DNA of 64,000 nt from Octopus vulgaris (taxonomy: Eukaryota): the NCBI GenBank assembly GCA_951406725.2, contig OX597838.1, positions 4,154,001 through 4,218,000 on the forward strand. Reading direction: 5' to 3'. Positions 38,773 to 48,810 of this stretch are shown here, piece by piece; position 1 is the first letter of the stretch, and the number at the start of each line of letters is the position of its first letter. Position numbers and translations under genes: made by a program. The notes beneath the pieces were generated by a model, which was given only the letters and a program-made list of their open reading frames with translations, did no database searches and was not told the origin of the DNA.

Positions 38773-38816
<44 letters not shown>

Positions 38817-38863
38817 CAAAAAAAAAAAAAAAAATAGAGAGATAATTAAATTAATTATAAAAC

Positions 38864-38953
38864 TGGACATCATCTCTGACAGCTGTTTCGATTCAAGACT
38901 TTAGAAATTAATTGACATAATTAAAAACATTGAATCTCATCAGAGTTGGCCAA
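38864..38953 (-). ncRNA. Type-I hammerhead ribozyme motif with palindromic stem III (sense to NFU1 intron 1)
   Basis: ...CAACU CUGAUGA GAUUCAA-(~33 nt AU-rich loop)-UUGAAUC GAAA CAGCUG UC AGAGAUG: complete core, perfect 7-bp stem II closed by G-C, ACAGCUGU palindrome, GUC triplet. Proximal stem I is only 2 bp plus possible distal pairing. Confidence 0.75.
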
Positions 38954-39309
38954 AGATATACCATTGCATTTTCATGTTCCAGTGTGTTGAGTTTACAGTT
39001 TGGATGAAAAGATTCAGCTCGTTAAAATAACAGTTTCGCAGTGTCACTTCTCGTTTTGTATCTGCAGGTGTGAGTCTTTGTCCCATACCCCATCACTACT
39101 TGACAACCGGTGTTGCTGTGCTTATGTCCCTGTAACTTAGCAGTTCAGCAAGATAGACCAATAGAATAAGTACTAGGCCGAGGTTGATTCATTTGATTGA
39201 AAATTCTTCTAGTTGGCGCTCCAGCATGGCCGCAATCAGATGACTGAAGAAGGAAAAGAGTAAAAGAATATATACAAATATACACACACACATATATATA
39301 TATATGCGC

Positions 39310-40066
39310 TTTTACTTGTTTCATTCATTTGACTGTGGCCATGCTGGAGTACTGCCTTTAGTCAAACAAATCGACCCAAAGACTTACTCTATTGGTCTCT
39401 TTTGCCAAAACACTAAATTACAGGGATGTAAACACACCAACATTGGTTGTCAAGCGATGGGGGACAAATACAGGGACACACATACATACATACACACACA
39501 CACATATATATATATATATATGACGGGCTTCTTTCAGTTTCTGTCTATCAAATCCACTCACAAGGCTTTGGTTGGCTTGAGGTTATAGCAGAAGACACTT
39601 GCCCAAGGTGCCACACAATGAGATTGAACCTGGAACCATGTGGTTGGGAAGCAGGCTTCTTACCACTCCTTTTAATCGTTTCCTTATTTCAATCTTCGAC
39701 TGCAACCCTGCCTTGGAGAATTTTTAGTCGAATGAATTGACCCCAGGACTTTTTTTAAGCCTGGTACTTATTCTATCAGTATCTTTTGCCAAACCACTAA
39801 GTTATGGGGATGTTAACACACCAACATCGGTTGTCAAGCAATGGTGGAGAATAAACAAACACACAGGCACACATTTATATATATATATACACACACACGC
39901 ACACACAAACATACACACGATGGGCTTCTTTCAGTTTCCATCAACCGAATCCACTCACATAGCTTTGGTCAGACCAAGGTCATAGTAGAAGCCACTTGCC
40001 CACATCGTCCCATACAGTGAGACTGAATCTGGAAACGTGGTTGGGAAGCAAACTTCTTACCACACA
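39310..40066 (-). mobile_element. Two tandem SINE family A copies
   Basis: Reverse-complement family A at about 39310-39668 and 39690-40066. Confidence 0.75.
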
Positions 40067-40462
40067 GTTGAGATATATATTAGAAAGGTTTGAAATGTAA
40101 TAAACCTTTCATCATCATCATCGTTTAAGTCCGTTCTCCATGCTAGCATAGGTTGGATGGTTCGGCCGGGGATCTGGGAAGCCAGAAGGCTGCACCAGAC
40201 TCCAGTCTTATCTGGCAATGTTTCTACAGCTGGATGCCCTTCCTAACGCCAGGAATATATATATATGTATGTATATTGTTTAAATAAAATAAGTTTTATA
40301 TGTTAACAGGAAGTTGAATAGTTTTTTTCCATATCTTTTATATATATGAAAATAGAAATACAAAAAAACATTTTCACATAAACATTATTATTCTATAATA
40401 AGTTTTACTGAGAATATATTTGAATATGTTTCCATAAGGTGAGTTTTACAGACATAACACCT

Positions 40463-40529
<67 letters not shown>

Positions 40530-40713
40530 TGTTACTTCAAGGGTTCTGTACGAAAAACCTTTAGTGCAAGTTGAGGCCAAAAGAGATTTTGTAGTCGAAG
40601 AAAAAATTATGTGTTTGTGTGAGAGGGAGAGATTTTTCAATGAAATTTTCTACACATTCTTCTGAAAGTCGCAGGATGCACATTTGTATAGCTATGATAT
40701 TCTATGCTATGTA

Positions 40714-40751
<38 letters not shown>

Positions 40752-41124
40752 TATGTAATTTCGAAGCAGACTAGCTGTCAAGGCTTACGTAATAAGTTTT
40801 GTAATTAGCTATATTATAAATGGGGAAAAAGATCCTATAAATGTATTTTCACATCACGAAAACTGATTATAAGCGGATATGTCAATAGCTGGAATTGCTG
40901 TAAGTAGAATACGGGAAGCTGCTGATTATAAACGGGATGTGACTATAAACAGAGGCTGAATAAATGTGTGTGTGTGTGTTTGTATTCACAAAATACTTTT
41001 CTCTCCGATATGACCTCCGTTGAGTTCTAATGTTACAGATGACAGGAAGACATGGGACGGATGCTAAAACAATTACTGAAGATTTATAGAGTATATCAAA
41101 GGTAAATTATAAGTTTCTATTCAC

Positions 41125-41198
41125 CGAACAACATTGTTGAAGGAAGAATTCAGCGAAAGAGATTTTAGCAGACGTCGGAACACGACAGTGTTGGCCAT
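41125..41198 (-). CDS. NFU1: NFU1 exon 1 (start codon, mitochondrial targeting peptide)
   Basis: ATCATGG Kozak context; MANTVVFRRLLKSLSLNSSFNNVV(R) | gtgaat; 74 nt, phase 2. The eight exons total 822 nt = 273 aa plus stop with no frame break. Confidence 0.82.
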
Positions 41199-41674
41199 GA
41201 TGGTGAATAAACAACTAAAGCCAGCCTCCCAACTCTAGTTTCGAACAAACTGCCATTGCGTTTCATATCTGTTCGCGTAAAGAGAAAAAGAAAAGTTTCA
41301 AAAATGACCCGTAAATATCCATTGTAATATTTTAAATATAAAACGGAGTAATTATTTTCAAAATGTGCAGATATTAAAATAACGTCGAAATTCCTTATCG
41401 TACTCGATGTAAATTGACAGCTATAACCAGTTTCTGAGCCTTAGTTTCGAAATGAATCATTTTGATATTTTAAATGTCATTTAATAATAATTTTTGATCT
41501 TAACTTATAAATTATTATTAATAATTTGTATAGATTAACGACTAATATCGATAAAATTGCTATATTTAATAAATGCAGTCATCTGTAATGATTAAAAGTC
41601 TTTCTTTGACGATCTTTTACAAAATCTGTATTTATATTTTAGTTGAAACATCGATTTTGTTTAACCTCAAAAGG

Positions 41675-41743
41675 GCCCTGATCAGCCCCACTCAGCCCTA
41701 TCAGCCCCAGTCAGCCCTGATCAGTCCCAGTCAGCCCTATGAT
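41675..41743. repeat. 10-11 bp GC-rich minisatellite (TCAGCCCYRR) upstream of NFU1
   Basis: GCCCTGATCAGCCCCACTCAGCCCTATCAGCCCCAGTCAGCCCTGATCAGTCCCAGTCAGCCCTATGATC. Confidence 0.85.
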
Positions 41744-43346
41744 CAAAGGCCTCACAGCAATAATCATTTCGTTTCGGTTCTGCTTTAAAGGCATAGTGTA
41801 CCACGGAGTACACCATTCAAAGAATCATTTTTAAGAGACAATATGGTATATAAACCCAAGGAAGTTTTGGTGGCTACTTCCAGCAGATGGAATGGTTTCA
41901 CGGTTCCCTGTTAGATCTGACTTTATAATCTTTGGATTATCACAGACGATTATCCCACGCATATTATAGACATGTTATGCAATCTGCCTGTCTAACACTA
42001 TCGTCTACTTGTTTCAGTAATTGAACTGCGGCCATGCTGGAGCGCCACATCGAAGGGTTTTAATCGAATAAATCTACCCTAATGCTTATTCTATCAGTGT
42101 CTCTTTTACCCGAACCGCTCTGGTATGGGGACGTAAACAAACCAACACGGTTATCAAGCGGTGGTTGCACACACACACACACACACACACACACAATGGG
42201 CTTCTTTTAGTTTCCGTCTACTAAATCTACACACAAGGCTTTGATGAGCCCGGGACTATATTCGAAGACGCTTGTCCAGTTGCCATACAGTGGGACCGAA
42301 CCCAAGACCTCACGGGTGGGAAGCAAAACGTTTTACCATGCAGCCATGCCGTTGCTGAATCGTTAAATATGAGTTTTATTTCTTTCCAAATCAGACATTT
42401 CTAAGCGAAACATTTATTTTCTCTCCTTCTCTTTTTCATAACAAAATAGGTTATACCTTCTTTGTAAAAGTTTAATTAAAATGTCTTTTTTTAAAAAAAA
42501 AAACTGTTCCAAAGTAAATTCATTTACTGGTGTAAGGGACATAACTCTTTCCATCTCCAATGCGAACCCAAACGGTTTGGCATGATTTGCTGGAAATAGC
42601 AGCCAAACCTCACACGAATAACACTCGACCATGTCAAATAATTACGGACACACAGCATAGTTCGAGATATACTAGGTATAAAAAGATAGGAGTACTTGTA
42701 TCTGGGGCGTCTTTTGATCAGCTGAATGTAAGTAGACCCCCGAGGATAAAAAACAGCAGGACATCATCTGAAGGCCACGACTTTATCGGAGATAATTATT
42801 AAAATGAGAATATCTGAAACAAACTCGACTTCTCTTACAAACAAGAATACTAAAAACGAACCCAACCGCTTTCAAACATTAAGCAAAAAAAAAAAACAGG
42901 AAAAACAATCCAGAATCGATCCCAAAATTTAATCACTTTGTGCCAGTCACGAGGCCAAACATCCCTGAATGTTTCATCCGAATCCATCCAGTGGTTCTTG
43001 AGATATCTTGTCCTCAGTCAAACAAACTCCTGAAAACAAGGTGGAGGTAATCAGCTTTTAATGAGCTTGATGAGAATAAGGTGTTAATTAATAATGCACC
43101 TTCTTCTTACTATTAAGAAGGTGTCGTCCTTTTAGGGTCGATAAAGTTAGTATCAGTTTCACGCTGGGGTTGATGTAATCAACTTAATCCCTTCCCCCAA
43201 ATGTGCAGCCATGAGCTTCCAGTAGAAAGAATTAATAAGAAGGTGGTGGTAGTGGTGAAGGTGGTGGTTGTAGTGGTGGTGAAGGTGGTGGTGGCAGTTT
43301 TTGTGTAACCACCCAAAATAAGCTAGTTATTATTATTGCAGCCTAT

Positions 43347-43620
43347 TCTTTCTTCTCTCTCTCTCTCTCTCCTTCCCTCTTTCTTTCTCCCCATCTTTCT
43401 TTCTTTCCTTCTTTCTTTCTTTCTTTCTTTCTTTCTTTCCTTCTTTCTTTCTTTCTTCCTCCCTTTCTTTCTCTCTCTCTTCCTTTCTTTCTTTCTCTCT
43501 TTCTTTCTTTCCTTCTTTCTTTCTTTCTTTTCTTCTCTCTTTCTTTTTCTCTCTCTTTCTTTCTTTCTTTCTTTCTCTCTTTCTTTCTTTCTTTCTTTCT
43601 CCCCATCTTTCTTTCTGTCT
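43347..43620. repeat. (CTTT)n/(CT)n polypyrimidine microsatellite
   Basis: Directly visible. Confidence 0.95.
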
Positions 43621-44123
43621 CCCTCTTCTCTATCCCCCTCCCCATCCTCATGCAAAATAAAAAAAACTGTGACATGCCACCCTTACTCACTGCACAAAAC
43701 TGCTTATTATCTCCTCATTTCTGACTTCGTTAACGACCACCCTGCCCAGAGACGATGGTATCAGGCCTGAAGCGTTGGAAATTAGAGGTTCCATATCTTA
43801 ACCAACACCTGATTGTCTCTGCTTGAGCGTCCACACATCCACTTGGCCATCTAGCTGTGGATTTAAGGTCAGCAGTTACTGTGACCTGGCTTCACCATTC
43901 TGGGCCAAATATACAGTAGCTATTGTTGTTGTTGTTGTTTAACTCACGGTCAGCTTTTTTATTACAGTAATGGTGGACAAACACAGACTTTTGTCTTTTG
44001 TCCTTCATGTTGTCAAACCCCCACTGTTTTCTAAGCAAGGGGATATTTCCTCATGGCCACCCATGTTTCTTTGTGTTCTCATGGAAGACTGGAAATGGTC
44101 AACTTTTGGGCCTCATGGAGGCA

Positions 44124-44486
44124 ATAATATAATGAAATTATTGTATACAGTGCTCAGGTGCACCACAACTTGTCAGAAAGTGCATATAAAGTACATGCAG
44201 TAGTGTAGAAATGTCTGGAAAGTGAACATGCTTGTGTGTGTATCAAGTGTAGTGTTGGCGAATCTCAGGAAGCATGGAAGTCTTGAAGGATGCAGTGCTC
44301 CGACAACTAACAACCGATGCCGGCAGTTTGTTCCACACTTCAGCAACTCTCAGCGTGAAAAAATGTTTCCTGAAGTCATGGGAGATGTGCTGTTTTCTTA
44401 CTTTGTAAATATGTCCACGGGTGTTAGATGGGTGGAGTTTGAAGAGGTGCTCAGAGTTATTGTTTGTGCGATGGTTGATAATGGTT
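44124..44486 (-). mobile_element. CR1-group LINE 3' fragment
   Basis: The - strand reads ...LFKLHPSNTRGHIYKVRKQHISHDFRKHFFTLRVAEVWNKLPASVV...FK, the TRGH...R..FF..RV...WN.LP ORF2 C-terminus, followed by a short 3'UTR and an (ATT)-like tail. Confidence 0.8.
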
Positions 44487-44497
44487 GATCAATGATG

Positions 44498-44937
44498 AAT
44501 AACAGGCTGGATATTGTTGTTTGGGACAGAGAGGCAAAGGTATGTACTATCATAGAGGTCAGCTGCCCTGCAGATATAAATATCTCTGAAAATTAAAGAA
44601 AAAGAGGATATCTATGGACAACTGCCTTGAAACCCCCAGCTTCTGTATCCAGAATATGAGTTCATATTCTTACCAATAATAATTGGAGCACTAAGTTTTG
44701 TTAGTAAACGCTTAAAAGAGAATCTGGATAAACTGGGATTTCCAGAAAGAGAAATCGACCGGCTAATTCGTACATTCCAAGTGCAGTCTGTGAGTGGAAC
44801 AGTAAAGATATGCAAGACTTTTCTCAAGTTCCAAATGTGAATTTGTCTGTGTTAACTCCATCCTCAAAATGGAGCCTTGTTTCTTTGTTGGAAACTGGCT
44901 CCGTCCTCAGTAAAAGATTTATGATAATTAAAAAATA
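44498..44937 (+). mobile_element. RLE-type non-LTR retrotransposon 3' fragment (R4/Dong-like restriction-like endonuclease)
   Basis: NNRLDIVVWDREAKVCTIIEVSCPADINIS / KIKEKEDIYGQL...PIIIGAL...GTVKICKTFLKFQM* (stop at 44838-44840). PD-(D/E)xK-type motif with one frameshift and one stop. Confidence 0.78.
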
Positions 44938-45367
44938 GAAGAGGCATACATACACACATATACACAATCTATTCACAAGGCTTTGGATAGCCTGAGGCTA
45001 GTAGAAGACACTTTGCCTAAGGTTGCATTTAGTGGGATTGAACCCAGAACCATGTAGTTGGGAAGTAAATGTCTTACCATACAGCCACATACAAACACAC
45101 ACATACATACCTTGAAGATGCCTTACTTTCATAGAAGACCATAGCCTCTCCAGTGTTCATGTTATGATAAAATGCATCAAGTGCACTCTGCAAAATGGTT
45201 GGCACCAGAAAGGGTATCCAGCCGTAGTTTGCATCTGTCAAACCTACGCATAAGGCTTCGGTTGACTCAGGGCTACAGGAGGAAACATCTGTTTAAGGTG
45301 CCATGCAGTGGGAAGGAACCTGATACACACTTATATAGTCATGTACATATATGTGTGCACACGTGTG

Positions 45368-45398
<31 letters not shown>

Positions 45399-45524
45399 GC
45401 ATACATACACACACACACATATATACATACACACACATATACATGCATATGTATGTGTTTGTATATAAATTTCATACATACACACATACATACATACACA
45501 CACATATATATTTGTATGTAGATA

Positions 45525-45581
45525 GATATATACAGATAGACAGATAAATAGATAGATAGGCAGATAGATAAATAGACAGAG

Positions 45582-45634
<53 letters not shown>

Positions 45635-45782
45635 TGTTTCTTTATTAGCCACACAGGGCTGCACACAGATGGGACAGATTACAAAGTAGAGCTTTTCTTT
45701 TTGGGGGAGAGAAAAAAAAAGATAGACAGACAGATAGATAGATAGATAGATAGAATGGTAGGTAGGTAGGTAGGTAGAAAGG

Positions 45783-45816
<34 letters not shown>

Positions 45817-45830
45817 TTTAGATAGATAAA
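45525..45830. repeat. (GATA)n/(GGTA)n tetranucleotide arrays
   Basis: Directly visible. Confidence 0.9.
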
Positions 45831-46045
45831 GGGAGAGAGTGAGAGAGCAGAAAAATTAGTGGATGTTAAGACAGTCGAGTAGTTATATGTTAAGGAGAGA
45901 TAAGCAGAATCACTCAGAAAAAAAAAACGGGTCTAATGCAATAGTCTCCAGAGAGAGAGAAGGAGGGTGAAGGGTAGGGAGAGAGAGAGAGGGGGGGAGG
46001 AGATAAAAAAAGGGGAGATAATCATGTTGGATTTACTGTTGTAGT

Positions 46046-46064
46046 CAGCCGCTAGGTGGCTCAA
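46046..46064 (+). promoter_or_regulatory. CTCF-like binding motif ~300 bp upstream of the STOX ATG
   Basis: CAGCCGCTAGGTGGCTCAA closely matches the CTCF core CCRSYAGRKGGC, in unique CpG-retaining sequence. Confidence 0.55.
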
Positions 46065-46360
46065 ATGACACTGTTTAAATGGCAATTGCTACGACACACC
46101 AATGTCACTGTGAAAAGCGATCCGTGCTTCGCCCCCGCCTCTTTTAGCGATCATCGTCTGGTCAGAGCAGTGAGGCTGCTGCTTTGTGCTGTAAATAACC
46201 CCTCAAAGGATAAATCATAGAGATATATTTATATTTATTTGGAATACAGACCCCACACCCTCGCAACCAGAAACCCAGCAAGTCTGTGAGACGTGGGTTT
46301 GCTTCGTTTTTGGAAACCGAACCCAACTTAGAATGGTCCAAAGATTGGCGCAGGAGTGAA

Positions 46361-47132
46361 ATGTCGTCGAAAGCCAACCAGGACGATTGCCGATCGGCAC
46401 CGAAGAACGTTTGTGTTACCTCGCGCTGTTTAGCCGTGATTCTAAGCCCTACGAAAACTCAATTCGTGCAAGCCGATGGGCCCGGTTCGGCAGGTTCAGC
46501 AGGTGCTACTGGCATTTACAGCAACAGCAGCAACACCAACACGGCGACTACAACAGCCACGCCAAGCTTCACTTCGTCTTCCGCTTGGAACTCGCCGACT
46601 CGAAGTCCCCGTCAGCCGTTGTCCATTTTACAGGTTCCTCACCACCACAACCACCACCACAACCACAACCACCACCACCACGGACTAAGGGGCGGCAGCC
46701 ACAGCAACCACAACAATAACAGTAGCAGTAACAACCATCCACAGGGCGTCGGCGGCGGCGGTGGTGGTGCTGGAGCGAATAGAGACGGTGCGAGCAAACA
46801 TGAAACGACAGCGTCATCGGTGGCTGAGGGTTCGAGTGGAGCTGTCGGTAGCAATACTACTGCAATTGCAGCTGGTAGTACAGATACGTCTGTTGTACCT
46901 TCCATTTCTTACAGTGGAGGGCGAGAGATCTGGGAAGACTTCAGGTTCCGTAACAAAACCTGTTACTGGAACCCTGCCCTCGCAGAGAGTATCAAGAACT
47001 TGGAGTATATGGGATTCGTCCAGCCGTGTACTCTGTTGGTAAGCGGACCAGACTTGCATTTGGATAATTTACGGATGGCCTGGGGTCGTCGTGTGCTGAA
47101 GGCACCGACCAATTTCTCAATTGACAATATAG
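46361..47132 (+). CDS. STOX1: Storkhead-box protein (STOX1-like), coding exon 1; winged-helix exons not found in window
   Basis: MSSKANQ...VCVTSRCLAVILSP...GGREIWEDFRFRNKTCYWNPALAESIKNLEYMGFVQPCTLLVSGPDLHLDNLRMAWGRRVLKAPTNFSIDNI(G) | gtaagt. This aligns with the human STOX1 N-terminus (VQLAPGSLALVL...[23 protein letters not shown]...[22 protein letters not shown]). 772 nt, phase-1 donor. Probably the single invertebrate STOX1/2 orthologue. Confidence 0.9.
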
Positions 47133-47201
47133 GTAAGTTACCTGCTTTTCCTCATTACAGCAATTAACGGAAATCAATTTCAGGGTTGCCATCGTTTTTC
47201 G

Positions 47202-47326
47202 CGTGTGTGTGTGTGTCAGTATGTATGTTATATATATATGTATATATGTTAGTATATATATGTATATATATATATATATATATGTTATGTGTGTATATAT
47301 ATATATATATGCCAGTATACATGTTA

Positions 47327-47359
<33 letters not shown>

Positions 47360-47501
47360 GCCAGTATACATGCTATGTATGTGTGTGTGTGTATATATGT
47401 TATGTATATATATATATGTCAGTATATGTTATTTGTATATATATATATATATATGTGTGTGTGTCAATATATGTTATGCATATATATGTCAGTATATATA
47501 T

Positions 47502-47537
<36 letters not shown>

Positions 47538-47700
47538 CATATATGCTATGTGTATATATATATATATGTCAGTATATATGTTATATGTGTATATGGCAGT
47601 ATGTATGTTATATATATATATATATATATAAATATGAATATATGTATATATGAATATATGTAACGTATACATATGTGTATATTATATAGGTATCTATCTA
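47202..47700. repeat. Compound (TA)n(TG)n array with recurring GYCAGTATA spacer
   Basis: Directly visible. Confidence 0.85.
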
Positions 47701-47769
47701 TCTTGTGTATGTATACAGGAGTAAATGAATATATGTCCGAATGTATACGAATTATATTTGTGCAAGTGT

Positions 47770-47851
47770 CTGTGTGTGCATGAGCATATATATATGTGTG
47801 TGTGTGTGTGTGCATGAGCATATATATGTGTGTGTGTGTGTGTGCATGAGC

Positions 47852-47884
<33 letters not shown>

Positions 47885-47891
47885 CATGAGC

Positions 47892-47924
<33 letters not shown>

Positions 47925-47929
47925 CATGA

Positions 47930-47980
<51 letters not shown>

Positions 47981-48051
47981 CATGAGCATATATATGTGTG
48001 TGTGTGTGCATGAGCATATATATATATGTGTGTGTGTGTGTGTGCATGAGC

Positions 48052-48084
<33 letters not shown>

Positions 48085-48091
48085 CATGAGC

Positions 48092-48124
<33 letters not shown>

Positions 48125-48131
48125 CATGAGC

Positions 48132-48166
<35 letters not shown>

Positions 48167-48559
48167 CATGAGCATATATATATGTGTGTGTGTGTGTGCA
48201 TGAGCATATATATAGGTGTGTGTGTGTGCATGAGCATATATATATATGTGTGTGTGTGTGTGTGCATGAGCATATATATAGGTGTGTGTGTGTGTGCATG
48301 AGCATATATATATATATATGTGTGTATGTGTGTGTGTGTGCATGAGCATATATATGTGTGTGTGTGTGTGCATGAGCATATATATGTGTGTGTGTGTGCA
48401 TGAGCATATATATGTGTGTGTGTGTGCATGAGCATATATATGTGTGTGTGTGTGTGTGCATGAGCATATATATGTGTGTGTGTGTGTGTGCATGAGCATA
48501 TATATGTGTGTGTGTGTGCATGAGCATATATATGTGTGTGTGTGTGTGTGTGCATGAGC

Positions 48560-48596
<37 letters not shown>

Positions 48597-48631
48597 TGAG
48601 CATATATATGTGTGTGTGTGTGTGTGTGATC

Positions 48632-48673
<42 letters not shown>

Positions 48674-48675
48674 TC

Positions 48676-48706
<31 letters not shown>

Positions 48707-48741
48707 TGAGCATATATATATGTGTGTGTGTGTGTGTGATC

Positions 48742-48776
<35 letters not shown>

Positions 48777-48810
48777 CATGAGCATATATATGTGTGTGTG
48801 AGCATATATA
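47770..48810. repeat. ~1 kb compound satellite [(TG)n CATGAGCA (TA)m]
   Basis: Roughly 30 units with an invariant CATGAGCA core and variable n and m. Confidence 0.95.

Larger units (their letters stand above)
38371..39268 (+). mobile_element. SINE family A split by hammerhead-bearing insertions in its internal microsatellite
   Basis: Head at about 38371-38520 and tail resuming at about 39069-39268. The intervening 38561-39068 contains two unrelated hammerhead elements. Confidence 0.7.

Noticed and set aside
40446-40660. Ser/Thr/Lys-rich ORF as a candidate NFU1 exon 2
   Set aside because: No acceptor gives the required phase 2 without a stop. Exon 37845-37966 fits both phases with good splice sites.
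41546-41553. TATCGATA (DRE-like element) upstream of NFU1
   Set aside because: A single 8-mer in very AT-rich DNA, not distinguishable from chance.
46286-46360. Upstream GTG-initiated extension of the STOX ORF given in the ORF track
   Set aside because: Non-ATG start. The first in-frame ATG at 46361 lies just before the conserved region.
47186-48801. Long ORFs (up to 317 aa) of [12 protein letters not shown] repeats, also at 22214-23349, 50619-52167 and 62333-62887
   Set aside because: Translations of dinucleotide microsatellites that lack stop codons by composition. No domain or splice support.
47770-48810. Repeat-spacer appearance resembling a CRISPR array
   Set aside because: The spacers are only (TG)n/(TA)m, the genome is eukaryotic, and there are no cas genes.
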